Positions 1 to 10,973 of a DNA stretch of 64,000 nt are shown in pieces. The notes beneath the pieces are model-generated. The model saw only the letters and a program-made list of their open reading frames with translations, had not been told where the DNA came from and ran no database searches. Location: NCBI RefSeq assembly GCF_009914755.1, contig NC_060926.1. One strand, given 5' to 3'. Within the stretch, counting starts at the first letter, position 1. The number at the start of each line of letters is the position of its first letter. This stretch comes from the human T2T-CHM13v2.0 reference genome, Homo sapiens. Position numbers and translations under genes: made by a program.

Positions 1-4
1 TGAG

Positions 5-379
5 TGATACAGTTTGCCTGTGTCCCCACCCAAATCTCATCTTGAATTGTAGCTCCCATAATCCCCATGTGTCATGGGAGGGACCCCATGGGTGGTAGTT
101 TATTCATGGGGGCAGTTACCCTCATGCTGTTTTGCTAATAGTGAGTGAGTTCTCATGAGATCTGATGGTTTTATAAGGGGCTTTTCCCCCTTTTGCTGGG
201 CACTTCTCCTTGCTGCCGCCACGTGAAGAAGGATGTGTTTGCTTCCCCTTCTGCCATGATTGTAAGTTTCCTGTGGCCTCCCCATCCCTGAGGAACTGTG
301 AGTCAATTAAAGCTCTTTTCTTTATAAATTACCCAGTCTTGAGCAGTTCTCTATAGCAGCATGAGAATGGACTAATACA
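5..379 (+). mobile_element. THE1C/D-type MaLR solo LTR
   Basis: Starts TGATACAGTTTGCCTGTGTCCCCACCCAAATCTCATCTTGAATTGTAGCTCCC and ends ATAAATTACCCAGTC...GGACTAATACA, the THE1 LTR termini. Confidence 0.9.
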
Positions 380-1283
380 ATGGGTTGGAAACATCAAGGA
401 CTCCAAAGCAACTTTTCTGATCACTGAAAATGGCTCACACTAGGGACACGAAGGCAAGGTTTGCAGCTTCCTGCCCATGTCTGTTCTATGCCTGACTGGC
501 TGTGCCCAACTTATACAGGCTGGACTCATCTTTCCTTCTGTCTCTATGGCAACCCTCTCAGAGAGCCAGCAGGGGCAAATCTCTGTTCTCCTATAACCTT
601 GGGGCCTCTGGCTACCTTCAAGGCAGCCACTTTTATTTTCTCTAACAATTCAGGGCAGGTAGGGAAGACTTGTGGGTGTCCCAGACACTGGACAGTGATT
701 ACTGGGGTTTACCATCCTACTTGTTTGTAATGCACTCTAGCTCACTCAAGTGTAATTTTAAATGCAGTTGTTAAATGGCAATGAAATTTCCAGTTCCACT
801 TAAAGCAATCATAGCTCATTCTTACTGAATTAAAAGACCCAGGCTACCCTGCTGGGTATGGTTTACCTTGTGTTCACTTAGGTGTACCTGCTATTCTCCT
901 GGCATCACAGAGAGACAAAAGTCCCCAGGATGGATGGTACAAGTATGAAACGCCTGCTTGAGATGAGAAGCCAAAATCAGGGGATTATTCCTGAGGCTTT
1001 AATATGCAGATTGGTCTTTGGAGTTCATTGATTGTTAGGGCAGTTTCTCTGACATAAAAATTAATCTTCAGAAATTTACACACTCATAGAGAATGAAGCT
1101 GGCAGGATTTAGCCTGCCCAGTGTACATTTCTCATTGGTGCAAATTCACATCTTGACATATGTTGATAAGTTTAGGCTGATGTGTCTTGTAATGATGTTG
1201 GTATTCAGGGAAGTTTATGCCAATCTTCACGTGAAGTGGTCCTTCCTTAGGAATTGCTGTGGTTCTCTGACTTTCTGCACTAC

Positions 1284-1660
1284 TGTATGACTTCCTGGGC
1301 CACCATAATGAGACACTACAGCCTGGGCAGCTTGAACAGCAGAAACTTATTTCTTTACAGTTCTGGAGGCCAAAAGTCTAACATTATTAAGACATTGACA
1401 GGTTGGTTCTTTCTGAGGCCTTTCCCCTTGGCTTGCAGACACATCTCCCCATGTGCACACAGGGTCATCCTCCTGTGTGTGTCTTTGTCCTGATCTTCTC
1501 TTCTTATAAGGACTCCAGTCAGGTAGGATCGAGGCCCACCCTTATATGCTCATTTAACTCACTTTCCTTTCAAAGGCCTCGTCTCCAATCACTGCAGCCT
1601 TCTGAGATGCGGGGTTTGGACCTGACATATAAATTTGGGGACACAAGTTGGCCCACAACA
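1284..1660 (-). mobile_element. MLT1-family MaLR LTR
   Basis: Antisense MLT1 motifs AACAGCAGAAACTTATTTCTTTACAGTTCTGGAGGC and ACATATAAATTTGGGGACACAA. Confidence 0.75.
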
Positions 1661-1799
1661 CCACCAAGGGTACCACTGAGCACAGACAGAACTTGGTTCT
1701 CTTTCCATTTTCTTCTCTCAAATTTTATAAGCTTGTGGAATATCAAAAAGAAAATGGACCTTAGATCAGGGAAGATTTTATGTGAATATGAGTTCTCAC

Positions 1800-1960
1800 T
1801 TGGAATGACCTTAGAATACTGTTTTTTGATTATCAAAGCCTCAGCTTGCCTTTGTGAGAATAAGGACAATAATACTTTTCTAATGTGTGGTTTTAAGGAT
1901 TTGGGATGAAATGCCTTAAATGCCCAGCTCTGTGCCAGGCACATGGCACATGCCTAATAA
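1800..1960 (+). mobile_element. MIR remnant
   Basis: GCCTCAGCTTGCCTTTGTGAGAATAAGGACAATAATAC...GTGCCAGGCACATGGCACATGCCTAATAAA resembles the MIR core and 3' end. Confidence 0.55.
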
Positions 1961-2159
1961 AGACCAACCATTAGGACTCGAATGTTGTTGCCTCCTCTAA
2001 AGATGAAGGTGTTTATCTTGCTGTCCTCAGGGGGTCCTCTTTTTATCTCTTTTCTTTTTAGTTCATGAGACCAACACTGTTTATTTACAAATATTTTCTG
2101 CACATGTTGATGTAATGTAAATGGAAAACACAGTGCTGCTTCCTTTATTTTTTGGATGG

Positions 2160-4578
2160 TGATATGGTTTGGCTTTGTGTTCTCACCCAAATCTCATGTC
2201 AAATTGTAATCCCCACATGTCAGGGGAGGAGCCTGGTGGGAAGCGATGTGATCATGGGGGAGGATTTCCTCCATGGTGGTCTCGTGAGCTCTCATGAATT
2301 CTGATGGCTTAAAAGTGTGGCACTTCCCACCTCACTCTCTCTCTTTCTCCTGCTGCCATGTAAGTAAGACATACCTTGCTTCCTCTTCACCTTCCACCAT
2401 GATTGTAAGTTTCCTGAGGTCTCCCTAGCCATGCAGAACTATGAGTCAATTAAACCTCTTTTCTTTATAAATTACCCAGTCTCAGGTAGTTTTTTATATA
2501 AAAGAGTGAAAAAAAAAACTAATACAGAAAATTCGTACCAGAAGTGGGGTACTGTTATAGATACCTGAAAACATTGAAGCAGCGTTGGAACTGGGTTACA
2601 GGCAGAGGTTTGGAGGGCTCAGAAAAAGACAGATAGATGTGGGAAAGTTTGGAACTTCCCAGAAACTTGTTGAAGATGGTTTTGACCAAAATGCTGATAG
2701 TGATATGGACAATGAAGTCCAGGCTGAGGTGATCTCAGATGGAGAAAAGGAACTTACATGGAACTGGAGTAAAGGTCACTCTTGCTATGCTTTAGCAAAG
2801 AGACTGGTGACATTTTGCCCCTGCCCTAGAGATCTGTGGAACTTTGAACTTGAGGGAGATGATTTAGGGTATCTGGCAGAAGAGATTTCTAAACAGCAAA
2901 GTGTTCAAGATGTGACCTGGATGTTTCTAATGCATATAGTCATATACATCACAAAGAGAACATCTAAAATTGGAACTTATGTTTAAAAGGGAAGCAGAGC
3001 ATTTGAAAAATTTGCAGCCTGACACTATGTGGTAGAAAAGAAAAACCCATTTTCTGGGGAGAATTTCAAGCTGCCACGTTCAGAAATTTGCATATGTAAT
3101 GAGGAACCAAAAGTTAACAGTCAAAACAGTGGGGAAAATGTCTCCAGGACCTGTTGGAGACCTTTACAGCAGGCCCTCCCATCACAGGCCCAGAGACCTG
3201 GGAGGAAAAAGTGTTTTTGTGGGCCAAGTGCAGGGCACAGATGCTCTGTGCAGCCTCAGGACATGGTGCCCAGTATCCCAGCCACTCCAGCTCCAGCCAT
3301 GACTAAAAGGGGCCAAGGTACAACTTGGGACATGGCTTCAGAGGGTGCAAGCCCAAGCCTTGGCATCTTCCACATGCTGTAGGGCCTGCCGGTGTGCAGA
3401 AGGCAAGAATTGAGGTTTAGGAACCTACTGCTAGATTTCAGAGGATGAATGGAAACACCTGGATGTCCAGGCAGAAGGTTTTCTGCAGGGGTGGGGCCCT
3501 CATGGAGAAGCTTTGCTAGGTCAGTGCAGAAGGGAAATGTGCGTTTGGAGCCCCCACACAGAGTCCCTGCCCAGTGGCACTGTGAGAAGAGGGCCACCAT
3601 AGGTATGGTGGCCACCATCCTCCAGATCCCAGAATGGCAGATCCACTGACAGCTTGCACTGTCAATTAAAGCTGTTTTGTTTTGTTTTTTTTATAAATTA
3701 CCCAGTCTTGAGCAGTTCTTTATAGCAGCATGAGAGTGCACTGACAGTGCACCTGTAAACACTGCAGGCACTCAGTGCCAGTCCTTGAGAGCAGCTGTGG
3801 GGGCTGAACCCTGCAAAACATGAGGTGGAGCTACTCAAGGCCTTGGAAGCCCACCTCTTGTGTCAGCATGCCCTCAATGTGAGACATGGAACCAAACGAG
3901 ACTATTTTGCAGCTTTAAGATTTAATGACAGCCCTGCTGGATTTTGGACTTGCATGGGGGCCTGTAGCCCCTTCATTTTGGCCAATTTATCCCATTTGGA
4001 ATGGAAGCCTTTACTTTGCCTGTACCCCCATTGTATCTTGAAAGTAACTAACTTGTTTTTGATTTTATAGGTTCATAGTCAGAAAGGAATTGCCTGGCTT
4101 CAGATGAGACTTTGGACTTGGAATTCTGAGTTCATGATGTAATTAGTTAAGATTTTGGGGGACTGTTGGGAAAGCATGGTTGATTTTGCAATGTGAGGAC
4201 ATGTGATTTGAGAGGGGGCAGGGTTGGAATGATATGATTTGGCTCTGTGTCCCCATCCAAATTTCATGTGGAATTGTAATCCTCATGTGTCAGGAGATAG
4301 ACCTGGTGGGAGGTGATTGGATCATGGGGGTGGATTTCCCCCATGCTGTTCTCATAATAGTGAGAGAATTCTCATGAGATCCAATGGTTTAAGAGTGCGG
4401 CACTTCCTCTGCTGCTCCTGCCACCATGTAAGACATGCCTTGCTTCCCTTCACCTTTTGCCATGATTGTGTTTTCTGAGATCTCCCCAGCCATGTGGAAC
4501 TGTGGGTCAATTAAACCTCTTTATAAATTACCCAGCCTCTGGTAGTTCTCTATGGCAGTGTGAAAACAGACTAATAAA
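2160..4578 (+). mobile_element. Full-length THE1D/MST-type MaLR element: 5' LTR 2160-2526, internal region about 2527-4229, 3' LTR 4230-4578
   Basis: Two homologous LTRs (TGATATG...ACTAATA[C/A]A); THE1-int sequence between them (remnant ORF with WNWSKGHSCYALAKRL); purine tract before the 3' LTR; exact 5-bp TSD GATGG at 2155-2159 and 4579-4583. Confidence 0.92.
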
Positions 4579-5483
4579 GATGGCATTATTTCCAAATAGT
4601 CACTTGGCAAAATCATGGCAGTTGATGAAATGCCCATGTTAGAGGCCAGAAGAAGTCATAATCCAGTGTCATCTTTGTTTGTTATACAGATGAAGGGATT
4701 AAACAAATCCTTCCTATTAATACTCCCTTCTCTCCAAAGTACCAAAAAATGTTTAGAAACAGAGTTCAATAAGTCACTTACAGAAAAGAATAATAATGAT
4801 ATATCAATATCATGAACATTAGAAATGTATACCATACAAATAATTATTAATTGGCCAATATTTAAATAAAGGTGCTATTCCCGTTCTTTGATATCAGTTG
4901 ATGACTAGAGGTAGGAATAGTCTTTGCTACTTAAACTTCACCTAAAATGTTTCTCAGAGATTTCCAATTCAAAGTGAACATAACTTTAATGACACTTGAA
5001 AAATTATCTTAGTATAGGCTATTTCTAAGTTATTTATTTATTTATTTATTTTTGCTTTTCCTTTCATCAAAATGGACTCCAATATTTACAAATCTTTCCA
5101 AAGTATTCAATTTAGTCCTAACTCAGGAATTATGAATATTAGTATTTAATTTAGTTAAATGATATAATGACAAGCAAAACTATATTGGCTTGGGAAGAAA
5201 TACAGCTTACTTTCCATAAATAGGTGAATCCCTGGCTAGGAACACACACATGCTGGCCTTGGGACTTTCTAACTCTGTAGGACACAGCAAATCAAAATAG
5301 AGGTCCTGGGAGGGATCCACTAATTTAGTGAGTTAGACAAAGAATGATTTATGGCAGTAACCACATTCAGGAGAAATATTCCTATAAAAACTCAGCAAAT
5401 ATGGAAAACTGAGCACATGAAGCAAAAATATTTAAAGATTTTCAGAAATTTGGAAAACCTAAATTACATTTTAAGACATAGGA

Positions 5484-5798
5484 TGTCATGATCTGTTTTG
5501 TGCTGATATAGTAGAATACCTGAGACTGGGTAGCTTATAATAAACAGAAATGTATTGGCTCACAGTTCTGGAAGCTGGAAGCTCAATATCAAGGTGTTGG
5601 CATCTTGCAAGGGCCTCCTTGCTGTGCCATCATATGGCAGAACGCACAGAGAAGGAGAGAACCACTCCATTAATCCCACCATGAGGGCAGGGCTCCTGTG
5701 GCCTAACGACCTCTTAAAAGTCTCCCTCTAAATACTGATGGAATGCCAATTAAGACTCAATGTGAGTTTTGGAGGGGACAAACATTCAGACCTTAGCA
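5484..5798 (-). mobile_element. MST/MLT1A-type MaLR solo LTR
   Basis: GAATACCTGAGACTGGGTAGCTTATAATAAACAGAAATGTATTGGCTCACAGTTCTGG...GGAGGGGACAAACATTCAGACCTTAGCA; near-TSD TAGGA/CAGGA. Confidence 0.8.
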
Positions 5799-5900
5799 CA
5801 GGAATCATGAATGTAGGCAGTAGAAATATATAAACAAGGTTATAATCATCATTGAGCACTATTTGATATTTATCTTCAATATTTGTGGTTTGAATTTTCT

Positions 5901-6309
5901 GACCATGGGGAGACCTCAGAGAAACCTCAGAGAGACTTTGGAAAGACCACAGAGACCTCAGAGAGATCATAGAGATGCCTTGGAGAGACCACAGAGACAC
6001 CTCAGAGCAATCAGAGAGAGACCACAGGGAGTCCACAGGGTGACCACGGAGAGACCTCAGAGAGACCATGAGGAGATAATAGAGAGACTTTGGAGAGACT
6101 GCAGAGACCTCAGAGAGACCACAGAGAAACCTTGGAGAGACCACAGGGAGTCCACAAGGAAACCACAGACAGACTATGAGGAGACCATAGAGAGATGCTG
6201 AAGAGACTGCAGAGAGACCTCAGAGAGACCACCGGCCGACCTCAGAGACACCTCAGAGAGACCACAGAGAGAACACAAATGGACCACGGGGAGACCACAG
6301 AGAGACCAA
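5901..6309. repeat. Degenerate ~11-bp minisatellite (GAGAGACC[A/T]CA)n
   Basis: Recurrent GAGAGACCACA / GAGAGACCTCA units over about 410 bp. Confidence 0.85.
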
Positions 6310-6439
6310 GCCTGTGGCCTGTGGATTTCAGCCAGTGCAGCCCTTCAGCCTTCTGACAGGCAGCACTGTGGGGCCGTCTGGGTTGTTTTCAGCCACTAAG
6401 TTTTTGGTAATTTGGCAGCAGCCACAGGAAATGAACGCA
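6310..6439 (+). mobile_element. MLT1 LTR 3' fragment
   Basis: GTTGTTTTCAGCCACTAAGTTTTTGGTAATTTGGCAGCAGCCACAGGAAATGAACGCA resembles the MLT1 3' end. Confidence 0.6.
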
Positions 6440-6563
6440 TCCCCACACCTTTCTCCTTTAGCTTTTTTGCAATTTCCACGTATATCTTGCCCCTTTATTT
6501 TATGCTGAAGTTTTGAGTATCAATATGTATATAGCACTTGTTCTATTAAAAATACACAGAGTT

Positions 6564-6870
6564 GGCCATGCACGGTGACTCACACCTGTAATCCTGCACT
6601 TTGGGAGGCCAAGGTGGGCAGATGCCGAGGTGGGCAGATCACAAGGTTAGGAGTTCAAGAGCAGCCTGGCAAACATGGTGAAACCCCGTCTCTACTAAAA
6701 ATACAAAAATTAGCTGGGTGTGGTGGTGCGTGCCTATAATCCTAGCTACTCAGGAGGCTGGGGCAGTAGAATCGCTTGAACCCAGGAGGTAGATGTTGCA
6801 GTGAGCTGAGGTTGTGCCATTGCACTCCAGCCTGGGCGACAGAGCAAGACTCTGTTAAAAAAAAAAAAAA
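6564..6870 (+). mobile_element. AluS (Sg-like) with a 16-bp internal tandem duplication
   Basis: Dimeric Alu with A-rich linker and poly(A); GCC[A/G]AGGTGGGCAGAT duplicated at 6608-6639. Confidence 0.95.
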
Positions 6871-9319
6871 ATTACTCAGAGTATTTTTGGAATTGACCCG
6901 ATAGTATTTTTCTTTTCTTAGTGGGAGTAAAACATTCCAAGATGTAATATGTAATGTTTGTTCTCTAGCTCTCTTTTTAATTAACAAGCGTGAAGACAAA
7001 AGTTTCCACTTTTAGCTTTTACATTAGAAGTATTTTCTTTGCTCATTTTTTCCCTTTTAACTAGCATTTTATATTTATTCTACTGTATACTATTTACATC
7101 TAAAATAAGAGCCACTGTCTCTTATTTTAGTAAATATTTATTTACTAAACAGTAAAATATTTATTAGCATTCTTAAATGAATGACAAAATACTTATTTTT
7201 AAATTTTTTCATTAACCCCATCACCCCCAATTTCCATGAAAGCAAAATAAAGTGTTTTAAATCTATTACTATAATGAGTTTTCTATTATGTCCTTTATTT
7301 TATAAACTTATTTTTGACAGTTGCATTTTTCAAATGCCTTTTAATATCATTACTTTGAACACAAATTCAATTTTTCCACTTTGTTGATCACTGGCATTTT
7401 TGTTAATACTTTCTCTTTCTGGTTCTTCAGTCTTTATTTTTACCACCTGTGCCCGTGGGCTTCTCTGCCGGAAGCTGCAGTGCCTGGCTGAGGCTGTCCC
7501 CGTGGTGCTCTCAGGCTCAGCCAGCACGTGGCCCTGGGCTGGCTGCATTTCTCCTCTGCCCCGGGGCTGCCGGAGCCCCATGTCCCTGCCCATCGGTGGA
7601 GGCTGGGCTGAACCCCACATGCTGCCCTGTGAGGTCCGTGCTATGGTTGGGATCCATTTCCACCTAGATTTACCCGTTGAAGCCTTGACCTACCTTGCAG
7701 GGCACCTTTACTCCTTCCAGTTTAGGCGTTTGTGTTGCTTTCTTCCCAGGATTCAGTGGCATGGCGGCCTTCACTGGGCAGAGATTTGTGGTCAAGCTGA
7801 GTCCGGCTGCCACGTCCCAGCCTCGCCCTTCTCTGCCAGACAAGACTCACCCTCACTGGGTGTCTGTGGCCGCGCTGTCCCCCACGTTCAGCACTTGTTC
7901 TGAACTTGTTGGTAGCCTGGAGATTTTATTCAATGTAAATTTAAAGAAGAAAAAGCCGATGACACTCGCTTATCAAAATGACTAGCACGCAGACGGTTTT
8001 GTCTGAGGAAGCGATCTCTGAATAAAAATATTAAAACCTTTTTCACATTTCATGTTTACTCATGACAGTAGACAAAAAATGTTAAGCAAGATGAGGAAGG
8101 CCTGAGTCCAAGAGTGAGAAATTTCACAACAAATGATTTAGCTATGAAAAGAAAAATAGTTTGGGCAATAGAACTTGAACTATCATAGGAGAAAAGCATA
8201 AGGTTAGATTATTTAGAAAAATATATCAAGACTCGAATACGAAGGTAAACAGCAATGTGCCTTGTTTCAGAGAACAAATAACTCATAGCATAAAAAAGAA
8301 TGAAAAGGAGATAAAGGCATTTGGAAAAGAAATTTAACGGTAACGTAGAAGTCAGTTGAAGTCCTGTTTTTCTGTTTGTAGGATCTATTTTTAACATATT
8401 TACAAACAAACTAACAAAAAACTACCTCAGCTGACAGATTTACAAACGAGCCAGAGGACCCTGGGACTGTGGCACACGCCGCTTGCATCAAGGTTTTGCG
8501 CCAGGAGAGGGAAGCTGGGCGGGTGCTCCGAGGGAGGAGTCCAGAGCTGTTTTCTGCAGTTCTCAGAAGAGCCCCGTTGAGCTGGGATTCTTCACTGAAA
8601 TATATCATTCCTCCTTTAACTTGAAATAAAAAAAATCATAAACTCTCCTGTGCCGAAGCAGATACCCAGGAAAGCGTTGCCTCATGTTTCACAGTTTTCT
8701 CAGAACTTTGAAAATGTGACTAAAAATTATCTAAAAATGGATACAGTATACTTCATATTCACCAAAATCAAATAAAACATTTAGGTTCTAATTTACCATC
8801 TTACTTATTGATTCAATTAAATATGTTTTACTTACCAAATGTGAGTACTTTCTATCCTCTTTTTAGATTTAGTGACTAATAAACTCTAAATAAAGCATTT
8901 CAAACTTACTTCATTATGCATTCTGGCATTTATTTGGAAGTTTTCATATCTTGATTTTAAAGATTTGAAATTGGCTTTAATTTTTATATAGTGTATTTTT
9001 CTCAAATAATTTATAACTCAAGTTGACGTAAATGTCTATGAAACTGTGTTTATATTGACTGTAAATGTCCACCCAAGACTACTTTGGGCAAAGGTCATTG
9101 TGAAATGAGATGCTCATGCACTTAAAAAAAAAAAAAAACTAAATTATCAAAAATATAGATGTTAAAGTCATATAGGTTACAAATTTACAGTTATAAATAT
9201 ACAACTTATGAAAAGGCATCCATTTACCTGTAATGTTAGAAGTCATGTTTCTAACGCTTACAGTAAAGCACACTGGCTCAGAGGCTGACCCAGAAGCAGG
9301 CTCGCTGCTCTAAGCACAA

Positions 9320-9620
9320 AGGCGTGCGGTGGATTTCCAAAGTCAGAATTTCAGGAGCAACGCCAGACACCAGTGTCAGCGGTCTCAGCCGCACTCAGAA
9401 GCCAGTCGGGAGAGGACGGCTGCCCTGGCCTTTTCCACGCCCCGCATCTCTCTCCAGCTCAGTTCCAAGATCAGGACGCAGATCAGGCGGCGCAGGGCCA
9501 TGCCTGCACCCGCGCCGGGGCCCCAGCTGGAATTCACACGCTGCTCCACGCTTCCCCTGGGCTCCCCATCAGCCCCGCAGCTCTCGGACTCTCCATCCTC
9601 AGCGGCTGCTCCCTTGGGGG
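9320..9620. promoter_or_regulatory. Small GC/CpG-rich patch, possible regulatory element
   Basis: Locally dense CpGs (GGCGGCGCAG, CCCGCGCCGGGG) next to AT-rich sequence; composition only. Confidence 0.25.
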
Positions 9621-10251
9621 TCCCTCCTGCCTGGGGCTTGTGTGGGCCTCTATTGGCTTTTATCCTGGACAGGCATGCTAGGACCACTCCCACGGGGCCT
9701 CTGGGCATGGGAGACAGTCCTCTCTTCCCTCGGGCAGCAGCAACTCCATTCTCTCATGGTCACCTGGGCCCCCTATTAGCCCCTTTGTTCTGTGGGCCCT
9801 GAAGTGCTTAGAACTGCACAGTGGCTGGGGACCATCTCAATCTCTAGCCCCCGGAACCATTTCTGTGCCTGGTGGGAGCATTTCTCCCTGGTGTCGTCTT
9901 GCTGAGGGTAATTTATATTGGCTGTGGAAACAGAGAAAGACCGGGGTCTCAGTGGCGTCATGCCTTTTCTGGCTCATGACACATCCAGTCTGGGTCTGCC
10001 TGGCCTCCCGAGGTTCTCACGGCTGTCTCTATAGGAGGAAGAGGGCTGGGAGATGGTACAGAAAGTGGAAAGGGCCTGGCCTAACACTGTCTACACCACT
10101 TCTGCCCACGTTCCATGGTTCAGAACCTCCCCACACAGCCCCTGTGCCATGACCCTCCTGACACCACGGCCTCTGGGGCCTGCGGCACCGGCTGGCGGGA
10201 AAATACCACCCGGAGTCACAGGTGTGCAATATTGCCCTCTCAACTACCGAG

Positions 10252-10392
10252 GCTGGTAGTGTGAGCCAAGTGCAGCCTGCCAGGCCGGGTGGGCGAAAAG
10301 AGCTCAGCAGGCCAGAGCAAAACTCAGGTAAAGGCCCCACCAGCCACAGAGGTTTCCAGCCAGAAAAACGACACCCCCGCAATCCCATAACA
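10252..10392 (+). mobile_element. ERV1 LTR terminal fragment (MER52/LTR27-like)
   Basis: GCAGCCTGCCAGGCCGGGTGGGCG...GAGCAAAACTCAGGTAAAGGCCCCACCAGCCACAGAGGTTTCCAGCCAGAAAAACGACACCCC...CATAACA. Confidence 0.65.
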
Positions 10393-10437
10393 GTATCTGA
10401 GAAGATTCAGCTGGACACCTACACACTGTGCCCTGTA

Positions 10438-10540
10438 GGCAGTGGCTCCTCCCACCTCCCACACTTACCCCAGGCAGCGGCTCCTCCAGCCTCCCACACT
10501 TACCCCAGGCAGCGGCTCCTCCAGCCTCCCACACTTACCA
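10438..10540. repeat. 35-bp tandem repeat, about 3 copies
   Basis: Unit GGCAGCGGCTCCTCCAGCCTCCCACACTTACCCCA. Confidence 0.9.
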
Positions 10541-10614
10541 GGAGCCCAGCAAGCTCTTCCTTAGGCTGAAGCCATCCTGACTCAAATCTGCAAGAGACTC
10601 GGGTATCTTGAGGG

Positions 10615-10973
10615 TGCTAAATCAAGTTTAGCCTAAAGCTGCCTCCTTACATATTTTAAGTTCGGCCTAAAGGTTTTTCTGCACATCATGAACCATAACA
10701 AGGAGAGGTGTAAGTAGACCGTAGCCTACACTTGTGCCAGTCACTGAGTTTCGGCCAATCAAACATAGCCAACTGTTCAAACTGTGTTCAAATAAGGCAA
10801 ATGCTGAGCCATAACCAATCCAATGTCCCTTCAATGTCCATAAATCTTCTTCCAACCAAATGGTTGTGCTGGAGCCTCTGAACCTACTCTGACTCAGAAG
10901 GCAGACTGATTCGCAATTCATTCATTGCTCAAAGACTTTTAAATTTAATTTGGCTGAAGTTTTTATTTTATCA
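10615..10973 (+). mobile_element. MER57-family ERV1 solo LTR
   Basis: TGCTAAATCAAGTTTAGCCTAAAGCTGCCTCCTTACATATTTTAAGTTCGGCCTAAAGG start, ...TTTATCA end, 4-bp TSD AGGG (10611-10614 and 10974-10977). Confidence 0.85.

Noticed and set aside
2420-2432. PRDM9 hotspot 13-mer in the THE1 LTR (TCTCCCTAGCCAT)
   Set aside because: Two mismatches to CCTCCCTNNCCAC
2585-3649. ORFs in the THE1 internal region
   Set aside because: Fragments of the MaLR internal ORF broken by stops and frameshifts
7400-7903. 167-aa ORF in a GC-rich patch (also ORFs at 9324-9802)
   Set aside because: Non-ATG starts, overlapping open frames on both strands from GC content, no recognisable domain
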